64,000 bases of DNA from the human T2T-CHM13v2.0 reference genome, Homo sapiens: NCBI RefSeq assembly GCF_009914755.1, contig NC_060927.1. One strand, given 5' to 3'. The position numbers and the translations under genes are program-made. This document shows positions 32,235-45,870 of this stretch, piece after piece. Below the pieces are notes generated by a model, which was not told the DNA's origin, made no database searches, and saw nothing but the letters and a program-made list of their open reading frames with translations. The first letter of the stretch is position 1, and each line of letters starts with the position of its first letter.

Positions 32235-32478
32235 AGTATCTCCATGAGCTTTAGGGTCTAACAACTGCATTCTAATTCCAGTCCTACCAATTGCTAACTG
32301 TGTGTCTCTGAGTAAGTTACTTACTTCCTGGAGGCTCAGTCTCTCATCTGTAAATGGAGGTAACACATCAGAGGGTGGGTGTAGAGATTAACTGAAGCAA
32401 TCTATTACTGAGTGCTTAACACCCTATGTAGCACTGGGAAAAGTACTCAAATTACTAGCTGCTGTGGCTATTATTACT
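32235..32478 (+). mobile_element. MIR
   Basis: AGTTACTTACTTCC...CTCAGTCTCTCATCTGTAAATGG core. Confidence 0.8.
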
Positions 32479-32915
32479 ATAGACCCTGGCTCACTTAAAT
32501 TGCTGTCTCAAGAGATGAAAAATATAAAAGTGGGTCTATTAATTCTTTATTTTACTTTTTATACTTGACTTGGCCTCTTCTTCCTTTATGATCTTTATTT
32601 CTATTCCTCTTTCTCTGTGTCTTTGTTCTCACTAGAATTTGCTATTTAAAAATTTTTACATTAAAGTTTAATCATACAGTACATAGAACTCTTTGAGGAC
32701 TAGAGTCTTTTTTTAAATTTTAGGGTTTGTCTTTTTTTTTTTTTTTTTATAAAAAAGAAGGTACTTCTCAAGTTTATGAGAAATACTGAGAGAGCTTTTG
32801 GTGACAATCCTACCTGAAAATTAAATACCTACACACACTCTCCTGCACCTGCCTTGATTTTTCACCATAGTATTATCAGCTTTTAACATATTATAAATTT
32901 AATTATTACATTTTT

Positions 32916-32966
32916 GCTTCTCAGCCTTTTGGCTAAGATCAAGTGTAGTATCTGTTCTTATCAGTT
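32916..32966 (+). pseudogene. U2 snRNA 5' fragment pseudogene (about nt 4-54 of U2)
   Basis: GCTTCTCAGCCTTTTGGCTAAGATCAAGTGTAGTATCTGTTCTTATCAGTT matches the U2 5' end with one mismatch and includes the GTAGTA branch-point recognition sequence. ATTTTTG occurs on both sides (32910-32916, 32969-32975), a possible TSD. It may be an annotated RNU2 pseudogene (unchecked). Confidence 0.95.
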
Positions 32967-34059
32967 GAATTTTTGTCTCTCACTATTAAAATACAATCTA
33001 TATAAGAAATTTCTTTTTTTTCTCTGCCATATAGGACCTAGATTAGAATCTGGCATTTGAGTGAGTGTCTTTTCATTATTTTCCTTTGCAGTCTCCTCCT
33101 TGGGTTTTAATTTTTAATCTATGCATGTTTTTGCTAAACTTTGAGAAATAATTTCATACTACTTTGGTCATCAAAGACCAAACTTGAATTTTTCCCTTTG
33201 TTTCACAGAGTTAACATGTAAGATCTGTATAAATATAACTTCTATCACAATTCCATTTCATTATCTATAAAGTTTAACTTAGACATTTTAAAAGATTTCA
33301 TATTCTTTATAAATTTATAACAGAATATTTATAATATAAAAATCCTTCATTTTGGATAATTTATAATAAATGCATGTTAGTTGGAAGCAATTAATTCTCA
33401 AGTTAACTATTCTGATTGGTATGAGCCTTGAAGAGAAACATTTTATATAATTCTTAGTTGACATGGATACATGATTCCAGGTTTATTCAAGTCAGCACAA
33501 ACTCAAAGACTTTCCATATCTACTTTACTGGTTAGCTTTCTCTATAAAAATGACTGAACTTAAGCACAGAACATCAAAGGGGTTTGTCAAAATAATATAT
33601 CTAATATTTTGGCAGGGCCAGAATATGCTCTTAGGTATAACAGTTTCTACCACTCTACCACCATCTTGCAGATAAAGCCTGCAAAGTGCATAAACTTTAA
33701 TATATTTAAAATCTGGAAATCTGATTATTTTAGCTGTGGTGGTAGAAACATAATTTTTCTTTATTTGAAGTCTTAACTTACTTGGCGTAACATATAGTTA
33801 ATGTATAGTCCTCTTTCTCTTTTAAGACTAGATAGAAAATCACAGTACAGGTCTCACTCAGTGCTTTAGAAAGCCGAAGAACAGGGGCTAAACTAGTGTC
33901 CCATGAAAAACTGTAAAGCAAAGCTTGCAGGTGTGCATATCTGCATCATCACTTCAGTCTTTCCTGAGCACTTCTGGGCACATAGCCCATAACTACATCA
34001 GATTAATTATTGTGAGGAGAAAGATTCAAAGTAAACATTTCCCCATATGCATTTAAAAA

Positions 34060-34190
34060 ATTGGGTACATTTTATACTGTTTGGGTGATGGGTGCACCAA
34101 AATCTCAATCACCACTAAAGAACTTACTCATGTAACCAAACACCACCTGTTCCCCAAAAACCTATGGAAATAAAAAATAAAAAATAAGCA
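34060..34190 (+). mobile_element. L1PB 3' terminus
   Basis: GGGTGATGGGTGCACCAAAATCTC...CCCCAAAAACCTATGGAAATAAAA. Confidence 0.85.
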
Positions 34191-34224
34191 AAGGGAGTTT
34201 TAAACACACATGCACGGGGATATT

Positions 34225-34490
34225 TTATACAAACTTTCAGTTATAAGATGAATAAGTTCTGAAGCTGTAATGTACAATACAGTGACTACAGTTAATAATG
34301 TGTTATATACTTGAAATCTGCTGAGAGCTGACCGTAAGCATTCTCACACACACACAAGAAAATGGTCACTATGTGAGGTGAGGAATATGTTAATTAGCTT
34401 GATTGTAGTAACCATCTCACAAGGTATATGTATATCAAAACATCACACTGTACTTTAAATATAGATAATTTTTATTTATCAGTTATGCTT
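34225..34490 (+). mobile_element. L1MA/MB 3' terminus
   Basis: CAGTTATAAGATGAATAAGTTCTG...TATGTTAATTAGCTTGATTG. Confidence 0.8.
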
Positions 34491-34494
34491 TAAA

Positions 34495-35828
34495 ACAAAA
34501 ATAAACAATGGGGAAAGGACTCCCTATTTAATAAATGGTGCTGGGTAATTGACTAGTCATATGAAGAAGAATGATAGTAGACCTCGACCTTTCACCATAT
34601 ACAAAAATTAACTCAAGATGGACAAAAGATTTAAATGTAAGAACTCAAACTATAAAAACCCTAGAAGAAAACCTAGGAAATACCTTTCTTGACATCAGTC
34701 TTTGCAAACAATTTATGGCTAACTCATCAAAAGCAACTGAAACAAAAACAAAAATTGACAAGTGGGACTTAAACTAAAGAGCTTCTGAACAGCAAAAGAA
34801 ACAATCAACAGAGTAAACAGACAACATACAGAATGGGAGAAAATATTTGCAAGTTATGAATCTGACAAATGTTTAATATCCAGAGTCTTATGGAATTCAT
34901 AAGGAACTTAAACACTCAACAAGCGAAAACCAAATAACCCCATTAGAAAATGGGCAAAAGACATGACCAGACACTTCTTACAAGAAGACATACAAGCGTT
35001 CACCAAACACATGAAAAAAATGCTCAACATCACTAATTATTAGAGAAATGCACGTCAAAACCACAATGAGATACCGTTTTACACCAGACACAATGGCTAT
35101 TATTAAAAAGTCAAAAAACAACAGATGCTGACAAGGCTGCAGAGAAAAGGGAACACTTATATACTGTTGGTGGGAAGTAAATTAGTTCAGCTCCCGTGTA
35201 AAGCAGCTTGTAAATGTCTCAAATAACTGAAAACAGAACTACCATTCAACCCAGCAATCTCACTACCGGCTACATATCCAAAGGAAAATAAATTGTCCTA
35301 CAAGAAAAAAAAAAAAAAGACATATGAACTTGTATGTTTATCACAATACGATTTACAATAGGAAAGGCAGGGAATCAAAGTAGGTGCCCATGAATGGTGG
35401 ATTGGATAAAGAAAATGTGGTATATGTATGCCATGGAATGCTACACAGCCATTGAAAAGATGAAACCATATCTTTTGCAGCAACATGGATGTAGCTAGAG
35501 GTCATTATCTTAAGTGAATTAACACAGGAACAGAAAACCAAATACTGCATGTTCTCACTTATAAGTGGGAGCTAAACATTGGGTACACATGAACATAAAG
35601 ATGGAAACAATAGATACTGGGGATTACTAGAGCCGGGAGAGTGGGATGGAGGCAGTGTCTGAAAAAATACCTACTGGGTGCTATGCTCACTACCTGGCTG
35701 ATAGGATCATTCACAACCCAAAACTTCGCAACACACAAACAAAAACAAAAGCAAGCAAACAAAAGAACCTCATGTAACAAACCTGTACATGTATGCTATG
35801 AATCTAAATAAAAGTAGAACTTAAAAAG
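34495..35828 (+). mobile_element. L1PA16-like 3' portion
   Basis: ORF2 peptide 34571-34777 (PYTKINSRW...KIDKWDL) and an L1 3' UTR. Confidence 0.9.
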
Positions 35829-36884
35829 ATATATATACATACAGCTGGAAAAAATTTTTCCACTAACATTCATCTGTGCTTTTGAGTGTCAGAAACCAGG
35901 ATGGTATTACCCTGCAGAAAAACATTTAGTCAAAGGCATCATTAACCTCTACAAATATAAATAGAGAAAAAAACCAAAATTAGTGAGACACACTTCATGT
36001 ACTTCAATGGCATTTCTAGAGGGCAACAAAAAGATGAATTATCTGGTGACCAAATGTAAAACTGTACTGAATTTAGAGAAACTAGATTTAAATCACATTT
36101 ATTCAATGACTAGAAATACGACCTTGTGAAAATTATAAATCTTTCTGATCCTCACATGTAGATTGAGGACAAAAAATGCTTGCCTAACCAGTATCACTGG
36201 AGATGATGTGAGGATAAGATGGGTTAATGTAAGTAAAAGTATTCGCATACTGTAAATTGCCATGCAAATTTAACTTTTGGTACTAATTTTGATCTCTTAA
36301 AATAAGCTTGTATTTCAGACACATGATTCATACGACTAATTAAATTCTCATAAAAATTGAAAAAAAATAAGCTTATATATATCTTAACCCAAGTAATTTT
36401 GTTTAATTTGAATGGGCTGAGCTAGGTTATACTAGAGTTTTTCAGTTTCAAAAATTTATAATTCCATGCTGCCCAGTTTTGCCTAACAGTCATTAAACAT
36501 CACAAAATTGCCCACTGCTTGGTGAATAGGGCATAGGTCAAGGTGGGGAGAATCATTAGGGAACATCTTCATAGAGCTGATAGCTGAAGGGTGGGTGAAT
36601 TTTTCAGGGAAAAGTGCAAGAAAAATGAATAAATGGATTTAGATCTTAAAAAAGATAACATGAAGAATAGGTGGAAAGAAAAAGAAATCAAGACAGTGCT
36701 GCAGGATACAGAGAAAGGGAAATAAGAAAGAAAGGTGGGCAAATAGTACAAGAGTGAGGAAGAGATTTAACAGGGAACAGAAGAGTTTCAATTCCAGTAC
36801 TGCGAAAGGACTGAAAGGAATCACTGTGTCGTGGTGAAATGGGAACTAGGACATGCGAAAAAACAAAAATCAAAAAACAAAACA

Positions 36885-37028
36885 CTATGTGCTAGAGGGC
36901 AAAGAGTTGGAGTTCTGTCTTAGGAAAATCAAGGCCCGGAAAGGCAAATATATCCTCGTTTTGTCTTCACCCATGTAATAAAGGTGTTTATTGTTTTGTT
37001 CCCCCAAAAAAAAAACAAAAAACAAAAA
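36885..37028 (+). pseudogene. 5'-truncated processed pseudogene fragment of ribosomal protein S8 (C-terminus, 3' UTR, polyA)
   Basis: The frame from 36886 reads [21 protein letters not shown], against the RPS8 C-terminus [21 protein letters not shown]. The stop is mutated to TAT. AATAAA at 36977-36982 and an A-tail from 37006. Confidence 0.9.
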
Positions 37029-38537
37029 GTAGGACAATAGAAAAAAGACAACAGACAGGATTAGTACCTATTTGTCTTTCTTTTTTATAAAAATTCATTT
37101 TTATTATAAAGTTTCTAATGCATTTTTAGAAGATGATGACAGTAAGGATGTCCATTACCCTTACTACTTGCTAAGCTCAAACGTGGGCGACACTGTTGTT
37201 AAGCCTTGCATGCATGTTAACTAATCATGAACTAATTTAATTCTGACAACAATTCTATGAATAGGTGTTCTAGAGATAATAACCAAGAAACAAAGAGGCT
37301 ATTTTCAAAACAAAACTAAGTGGCAGAGATGGAACTTGAACCTCAGATAGTCAATATTCTAGAGCTCAAGCTAAACACTATCCTTGCAATGAGAGCAAAT
37401 TTCTTTATGTTTACAAATATAAGAACAAGAAATACCTATTACCTCTGGAGACCTTTGTTACATGAGCCAATGGGAAATAAAAATGTTAGAAGTAGAGAAC
37501 AAACTGAAGAAAATAATGTTTCAGAATTAGAAAATAATGCTACTACAGGAGAAAATTGTTTTTCCTTTGTTTTCTTCAGCTGGCAAAAAGGACAGATGTT
37601 AATAGGGAGGCTGGCAAAGTGAAAATTGGCTCTCTCTCTAAATAATAAAGAACACATGAGAAAAAAAAACCCAGTAATGTTTATAATTTTACATACAAAC
37701 ATAATAATTTTTCATTTTAATTAATGTTCTTGAAATAAAATGATCATTGTGTGACAATAAAACGTACTGAGTGTAATCATTTCATTCGGTTATATGTTAA
37801 TTAAATAATTTTATTTGATATTATCTAAACACTTTCCTTATTCAACAGCTGATACCACATAACTACAAAAAATAACCATAATTAATTTTGTAAATTAATG
37901 CTTATTTATAGGAATTAATTAGGCATTTTCCCATCATTAGGCCAACAGAAACTACATTAATAGAATTAGAGATGGTTCTTATGCATGATTACAACTGAAT
38001 CCACTGCTTCCAAGAACACACTGTTTTTGGCTCTAATATTTCCAACTTTCTCTGAGAAACAGAAACTTCTTTTGGTTGCAGCTTTCAAAAATGCTTAGGA
38101 GCCCGTAGGTAATTTTAGCGAGCCAGTAATTATATCACATCTTAATTTTAAGAAATCATCTGGGATACTCAGGTAATACTTTTATGTAAATAAAACACTG
38201 ACCACTCAGTTTGATCCTGTGAGATTCTGATTAAGAAGAGCTTCACGGAAAATGTCAGAAACACGAATAATATCTCACGTAGGCAGGCAGGAGATACTCA
38301 TTGAAAAAGGTAATTTCTACTGGCCAGAAGGAAAAGTAATATAACATCCATGTCAGAAATTTAGTTTAGACATAGAATGCTCTATTTAAAACACACTGGT
38401 ATCAGGTATAAAGATGACTAATACAATTTATTTTTTAAATAGAAAAAAAAACATATATTTTGGATAAATTAAGTAAAGCCTAACTTTAAAAGGAAAGGCT
38501 CAATGTGAAATCTTTCAGGCCAATGATACTACTGCAC

Positions 38538-40941
38538 CAGCATAGCTCATTTTATCGCACTTTATTGCACTTTACAAATACACATTTTTACAAATTGAAG
38601 ATTTGTAGCAACGCTGCATCCAGCAAGTGTATTCGTGCCATTTTCCAATAGCATGTGTTCACTTTGTGTCTCTGTGTCACATTTTGGTAGTTCTTGCATT
38701 ATTTCAAACTTTTTCATTATTAATATATATTAATATATGATTGTCTATTCATAATTATATTATTTTTACATTATCATTATGTCTATGATGATGATCTGTG
38801 ACCAGTGATCCTTGTTACTATTGTAATTGTTTTGGGGCACCACAAATCATGCACATATGCAACCACAAACTTAATAAATGTGTGTGTTGACTCCTCCAAC
38901 CTACTGGCCGTTCCCTTGTCTCTTCCCCTTTTCTTGGGCCTCCGTATTGTCTAAGACCATATAGAATTTAGCCCAATTAATAACCCTACAATAGCCTCTA
39001 GGAGTTCAAATGAAAAGAAGAGGGGCATGTCTCTCACTTTAAATCAAAAACTAGAAATGATTAAGCTTAGTGAGAAAGGCATGTTCAAAGTTGAGACAGG
39101 ACAAAGGCTAGGTCCCTTATGCCAAAGAGTTAGCCAAGTTGTGAACGCAAAGGAAAAGTTCTTCAAAGAAATAAGAAGTGCTACTCTAGTGAACGCATGA
39201 GTGATAGGACAGTGAACACCAGCCTACTGCTGATAGGAAGAAGTTTTTGGTGGTCTGGATCTAAGATCAAACTAGCCACAACATTCCCATAAGTCAAAGC
39301 CTAATCCAGCAAGGCCCTAGCTCTCTTCAATTCTATGAAGGCTGGGAGAGGTGAGGAAGCTGCAGAAGAAAAGTTTAAAGCTAGGAGAGACTGGTTCTTA
39401 AGGTTTAAGGAATAAAGACATCTTCATAACATAAAATTTTAAGGTGAAGTAGCAAGTGCTGATGTAGAAGCTGTAGCAAGTTTTCCAGAAGATCTAGCTA
39501 GGATATTGATAAACGTGACTACACTAAACAATGGATTTTCAGTGTAGATGAAGCAGGCTTCCATTGAAAGATGCCATCTGGGACTTTCATAACTACTGGG
39601 AAGACAGTATCTGGTTTCAAAGTTCCAAAGAACAGGATGACTCTCTTGTTATGGGCTAATGCAGCTGGTGACTTTGAGTTGAAGCCAATGTTCATTTACT
39701 GTTTCCAAAAACCTATGCCCTTATGAATTATGCTAAAGTCTACTCTGCTTGTGCTCTATAAATGTAACCACAAAGCCTGGATGACAGCATGTCTGTTTAC
39801 AGCATGGTTTACTGAGCCTGTAAGCCCAAGCTTGAGACCTATTGCTCAGAAAAAAGATTCCTTTCAAATATTACCTGATTGATGAAAGCATCTGGTCACC
39901 CAAGAGCTCTGACTGAGATGTACAAGGAAATTAATGTTGTTTTCAAGCCATCTAATACAACATGCACTCTGCACCCTATGGATCAAGAAGTAATTTCAAC
40001 TTTCAACTCTTATTAAGAAATATATTTTGTAAGACTATAGCTGTCATAAGCAGTGATTCCTCTAATGAATCTCGGCAAAGCAAATTGAAAATCTTCTGGA
40101 AAGGATTCACCATTCTAGATGCCATTAAGAACATTTGTGATTCATGGGAGGAGGTTAAAATATCAACACAATAGGAGTTTGGAAGAAGTTAATTCCAACT
40201 CTCATAGATGACTTTGAGAAACTCAAGACTTCAGTGGAAGAACTAACTGCAGATGCAGTGGAAATTGAAAGATAACTAGAATTAGAAGTGAAACCTAAAG
40301 ACGTGACTGAATTGCTGCAGTCTCGTGATAAAACTTTAATGGATGAGGAATTGCTTCTTACAGATGAGCAAAGAATATGGTTTCTTGAGATGGAGTCTAT
40401 TACTGATGAAGATGCCAGAGATGGCAACAAATGATTTGGAATATAATATAAACCTAGGTAATCTTTATCAACTAAGTGGTGGGGTTTCAGAGGATTCACT
40501 CTAATTTTGAAAGAGTTCTACTGTGGGTAAAATGTTACCAAACAGCATCACATGTTACAGAGAAATCTTTCATAAAAGGAAGAGTCAATCCATGTAATAA
40601 ACTTCATTGTTGTCTTAGCCACCACAACCTTTAGAAACCCCACCCTGATCAGTCAGGAGCCATTAACATCAAGGCAAGAGCCTCCATGAGCAAAAAGATT
40701 ATTACTTACAGAAGGCTCAGATGACCATTAACATCTTTTAGCATACAGTATTTTTAAATTATGGCATGTACATTTTTTTTTAGACATAAGGCTATTGCAC
40801 ACTTATTAGACTACAGTATAGTATAAACATAACTTCTATATGTATTGTGAACCAAAAAATTTGTGTGACTTGCTATATTGCAATATTTGCTTTATTCCAG
40901 TGGTCTGGAACCCAATCTGCACTGTCTCCAAGTTATGCCTG
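38538..40941 (+). mobile_element. Full-length Tigger1 DNA transposon (decayed transposase)
   Basis: 5' end CAGCATAGCTC and 3' end TTATGCCTG+TA. Internal MIKLSEKGM and [31 protein letters not shown] pogo-type transposase remnants. About 2.4 kb long. Confidence 0.93.
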
Positions 40942-43591
40942 TAGATTGCCTTCTTCCATATTTGCAGTCTAGGAAAAGAAATGGTTAGCTAATGTGGTAA
41001 TGAGTATAAAATACTTTCAGAGTGCAGGACATATATTAAGTTTATAAGAGACAGTAGATCTTATTATGAAGATCTGCTCAGCAAGCACATCATAGTATAA
41101 TAATATATTAATTGTGAATTCTACAAAATTATGATGTATTTTATTGATAATAGCTTATCAATTTTTATACCATTTAATTAAATTACTGTTTTAAGGGAGA
41201 AGCAAATCATTTTAGTACTATTTGTCTTTTAATTACATAATTTTAAACCTTCAGGAGTTATTTCACCACTAGGTAGCTACATACTCCATTTATCCATCCA
41301 TCCTTCCATCTGTCAGTCAGTCTATCAGTTCATCAACCCCTCTATCCATACTCCTATCAGAGATTTAGCTCTCTGTTTACAGGTACCTAGTGTATTCTAA
41401 GTAAACATATCATTGTTGATATATAGGTAATACTCTGTCTTATCATCCATCTCGAAGTTTACAAACACATAATAGTATCTCCTTTTTAAAAATTGATGAA
41501 AATGATCACCTTGGGCACAAATGTTCCTCCCCCCCAAACCCCAATGAAGGATACTATTACTAGGTGATTATGCACTGTCTTCTTTAAAGGTTATGACAAT
41601 ATTTCTGATATATTTTTCCTCCAGAAGGGCAAGAAATAGAAGACAGAAATTTTGACTGGGCTATTGTTAGATGACTTTCTGAAGTGAAGAGACCATCATT
41701 GCACAACTGAGCTATGAAACAAAAAAACCAGAACTGCTGTTAAATATTTGACAGCACCGTGATGGCTATTCAAAACAACAGGCCCCTGGTCCCCCTTCAA
41801 GAAAAAACCCCAAAACTAAATACATTCGTGTGCAGTAAGGACTTGCTCACTATTCATTACTGCCTATAATCTTATGAATATATATTAAGGCAATCTAAAA
41901 GTGTTATAGCAGTTGCAATATTTTAATCATGCAAAATATTTTTCTTACTTGGTGATTCATCCCTAATTCCTGGGTAGAGAAATGAAGCTAAATCATAGGC
42001 TTTTTATGACCAGGGAGGTGAGGGTACTGGTCTGTCATTATCATTAAATCATAGGGATTGTTAGACAGTGTTTAGCAATGAAAAAATGATCAAAAGGACC
42101 TCTATGTTTAAAAGTATTAGTCATTTCAAAACTAAAGAAAGTGAACCTAAGCAATGAGCATGCATCCATTATAAAGCTATTTTAAAAAAGGAGGACCTAT
42201 ATTAAATATAAAATTGTTAGTAGGATCATCTGTCTCAGCTCTCATAAAGCTCATCATCAATAAATTGCAGCATAACATAAAGGAAAAAGAAACATGCCTG
42301 TATCTGGTGAAAGTCACTGTGTAGAACTTCTGGAGAAAACCCTGAATTTGCTTTTTTACCAAAGTATCTAAAACCTGGAAAACTAGAAAGTTGAGATGCT
42401 CTATTTAGTCAGACCAGAAATTATCCTTTACATATATAATCTGGATAGAATGTGGTAGTTAGCTAATCCTAAATTAAGTCCTTTGTTTTTATTTGTTGCA
42501 AAAAGCATAGATTCTAATAAACACAGTGTTACATCACCACACTTCAAAGCCTTCTGTAAACCAAGCAACTCATAGCAACATCTCTGCCTTCAGCAATCAC
42601 ACTGCAGTAAATCATCCAAGTGACCTTATTTGCTTATTAGAAACTCTGTGTACAGGTTGCAAATGTCAGAGTATGAATTTACATTTTAAAAAGTGCATCT
42701 TGCAGTGGTTTAATGAAAATATTTCAACTATCTCAGGTCAAATTCAACTATTTATACCTCTGCTCTCTTGGGTTTAAAGATTTAGTCCTAGATTCACATA
42801 TTCTTCACAAGCCATACCTCATGAACACTCCTCTTAACGTCACAACATTGTAACAGTTTGAAATGCCATTTGGAAAGGGGGCTGTTACTACACTATCATT
42901 TCCACTCCCACCTCAAAAGTATGCTGATAAATAATTTAAACATTTGATTCTTGTGTTGTTTATGGTCTCAGAATGATATTTATCTGTATATACCAACACA
43001 AACACTTTATAAATAAGCTGGGGGGGGGTTAAAATTTCTATTGTATATCATGTATTAACTTAAACTGATGTAATACATCAGTTTAACTCTGAAAATAGAA
43101 CCATGACACATTCATATTCTACTCTAGAATACAGAAAAAAAAATCACAATAATTGAACTTCACATGTAAGTTTTGCTTTAAAATTATTTTTCTTCTTGTG
43201 GAAGATGGCAAACAAGATCACCAAGAAGAATTTCTGGGGAAGAATTTGTCAGAGGTTATGGCAGGGCAGTGAGAAAAGTGAGTTGATTAGAAAGAAACCT
43301 GCCTGGGCCACAAGTCTGTATGTAATTTTCTTATTCTACTTATATTCCCAGAAGTATTTTCAAAATTATTTTGAACATTACAGAAATAAATCATCAATAA
43401 TACCACCATTGCTACCACCCCCAACCACATGTACATACTCCAGGAACAGAAAGAGGCACCAGGGTGTAACAGAAAGAATATGGGCTATGGAAAACACTGC
43501 TTAACCTTTACCTGCCATGGGCTGGAGGGAAGGCTTCAGTTAATTAAAGGCCTCAGTCTCTACAACGTGCCTTATAGTGTGGCCCAAAATA

Positions 43592-43785
43592 CAGTCACAA
43601 GTTGCTTTGTGCACTTCACTTTATTGTGCTTTGCAGATACTGTGTTTTTTTCAAATTGAAAGTTTGTGGAAACCCTGGCTGGGCAACTCTGTCGGTGCCA
43701 TTTTTCCAACAGTATATGCTCACTGCATGTCTCCGCATCACATTTTGGTAATTATCGCAACGTTTCAAACTTTTTCATTATTACT
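43592..43785 (+). mobile_element. Tigger1 5' end fragment
   Basis: Similar to 38538-38720 (CAAATTGAA...TTTCAAACTTTTTCATTATTA) and preceded by TA. Confidence 0.85.
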
Positions 43786-45339
43786 ATACTATATTAAACT
43801 GAATACTTTATAAAAATGATTAGCAAATAGAAGGCCCACAAAAGAGGGGCCCTAATACTCACATTCTCCCCACATCATTTAAAATGTGGTATAATCATTT
43901 GTATTGTTCAAATGCATTAGAAAGAGCACTCTGGTCTTGGGAACAGAGTATTCTTTCTGATTTAATGCCAACTTGATAATGTTCTAGGTGAAGAAATGCC
44001 ACTAAAGAAATATAATAATGATTCTGATGATATAAAAGGCATTATGTTTCTTTCTTTACAGCTAAACAATGTGAAAACTTAAGTGAATATAATACATCAG
44101 GAAAATGTATTTTATCTTTCTAAGCATGAAATATGAAACCTGCCTATTTATTAAGTACATGTAGGTCTCAGCATTACCCACATTTCTATCTATTGCATTA
44201 AAGAATATTGGTGATTATTACACTGAAGATTAGCAGCTAAAAAGACAAATGTGAGAGTATACAGGCAAAAGGTTTTTGTTGTCGTTTTGTTTCTTGATTT
44301 TTTTCCTAGAATATGGCTGTAGATTCTACTGCAGAAACAATTATAAGATGTCCTTTGGTAGTCACCATGAAGGCCACATTCAAAGCTTTATTGATACAAA
44401 TCAGTCTTGCCTCTCAGTTTTCCAAACGTATTCTCTTATTTTGAAGAGATAGTTAAAAGCATCCTTAGTGTTTCTTCTACCTTGCCTGGCATTACCTCCA
44501 AAACAGCTCCCCTTCCAACAGTTTTTGGGATGGCAGTCACCATCTATTCTCCACAGGTTTGAGTGAAAATTGATGTCTTGCTATTTGATATACAAGATCT
44601 ACAGGTTCAAAAAAATTGAACCTGTTCAAAAATTCAGACATGTTACCTATAGCAGGGTTATATTTCCTAGGGACAGAGGAAGTTTAAGTGGCTTCTTTAG
44701 AAAAGTTAAATTTATTCTGGCACCAAATCCTGCTTCCCAGGGAATTAAAAATTTGATGAATTTTATTACTTGATTAACACATGCAATCTTGCCATGGTAG
44801 ACTCTTCACAGTAAAAATCTGTATTCAATTCACTTGCTCAGTAGTTAGAAATACCAATGGCATAGAATATTTTGCTAAAGACAGAAAATATACCATTGAA
44901 ATCCTAATTTTTAATATTTTGTATATCTGAATTCATTCTATAATATTGAACTACACTGTAGGTTAAAAGTACAAGAATAAAGTCAGAAAGATAAAAGGCC
45001 AAAATGAGACAAAAAATGCAAGGGAGAAGAAAAAGGACTCTTAAAGCTAAGCTTGGAACAACAAAAAGTTAAAAGAAGAGATCCATTTGCTGGTTATGGG
45101 AGATGCTACAATCCTAACGGATTAATAACAGAGAATTGTCCTGTAATATTCTTTTATCTTTTCTAATAGGTTAGAGGGTCAAAGTTAATATTGTACTTTT
45201 CCAAGTTTAATGTTAAATTTGGGATTTTAGGTTGAAATTATTAACTGAATAAATAAAGAAAAAGGAAGATATGACACAATACTAGGATACAAAAGAAAAA
45301 CCCAAGATTTTTGTTTGGATGGAAATACAATGTGAAAGG

Positions 45340-45870
45340 AAAATGTGATGGCTGCCAGGAAAGCTAATGCAACTTTAACTCCATGAATAAGAGAGCAGCA
45401 TCAAAATAAAGGAAGGTAATGGGGCTCTGTATGTCATACTTGCCAGACCGTATCTAGAATACTCTGCTGTTAGTGTAGGAGGAATGTGAACAATGCTGGG
45501 TGCATTTTAATAAGGGAGATGCAATGGTAAGAGGTCTGGAAAGTATCATGAGAATCGATTTAAGAAACTAGCCATATCTGGTCTGGAAGAGGAAAAAGCA
45601 GGGAGAGGTGGTAATCTAAGAAGCATGTTAAATGCCTTTCTGATTTGAATAGCTGGCACATAGAACAGGTGTTAGCCTCAGAGTACAGAACTAATGCGTT
45701 GATTTTAAGATAACATTTTTATTTATTAAAAAACAATACTGTTTATCTTGTGAAACAGTGATATTCTTAGCACTGCAAAGTATTCGAATAACAGGTGATT
45801 ATTTGTAAGAAATTTCTAGATGGGACTTCTGCACTGAACTGGGAGGGTGGAGCAGAGTACCTCACAAAAG
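45340..45870 (+). mobile_element. CR1/L3 LINE remnant
   Basis: AAAGCTAATGCAAC...GCCAGACCGTATCTAGAATACT...CTGGAAGAG motifs. Confidence 0.65.

Noticed and set aside
39057-40440. Possible domesticated Tigger transposase
   Set aside because: Multiple stops and frameshifts leave only short ORF pieces.
41547-41554. Internal U12-donor-like GTATCCTT on the minus strand (ATATCCTT also at ~48063-48070 and ~50992-50999)
   Set aside because: A few such 8-mers are expected by chance in 36 kb, two lie within L1s, and I saw no upstream U12 branch site or acceptor to suggest recursive minor splicing.
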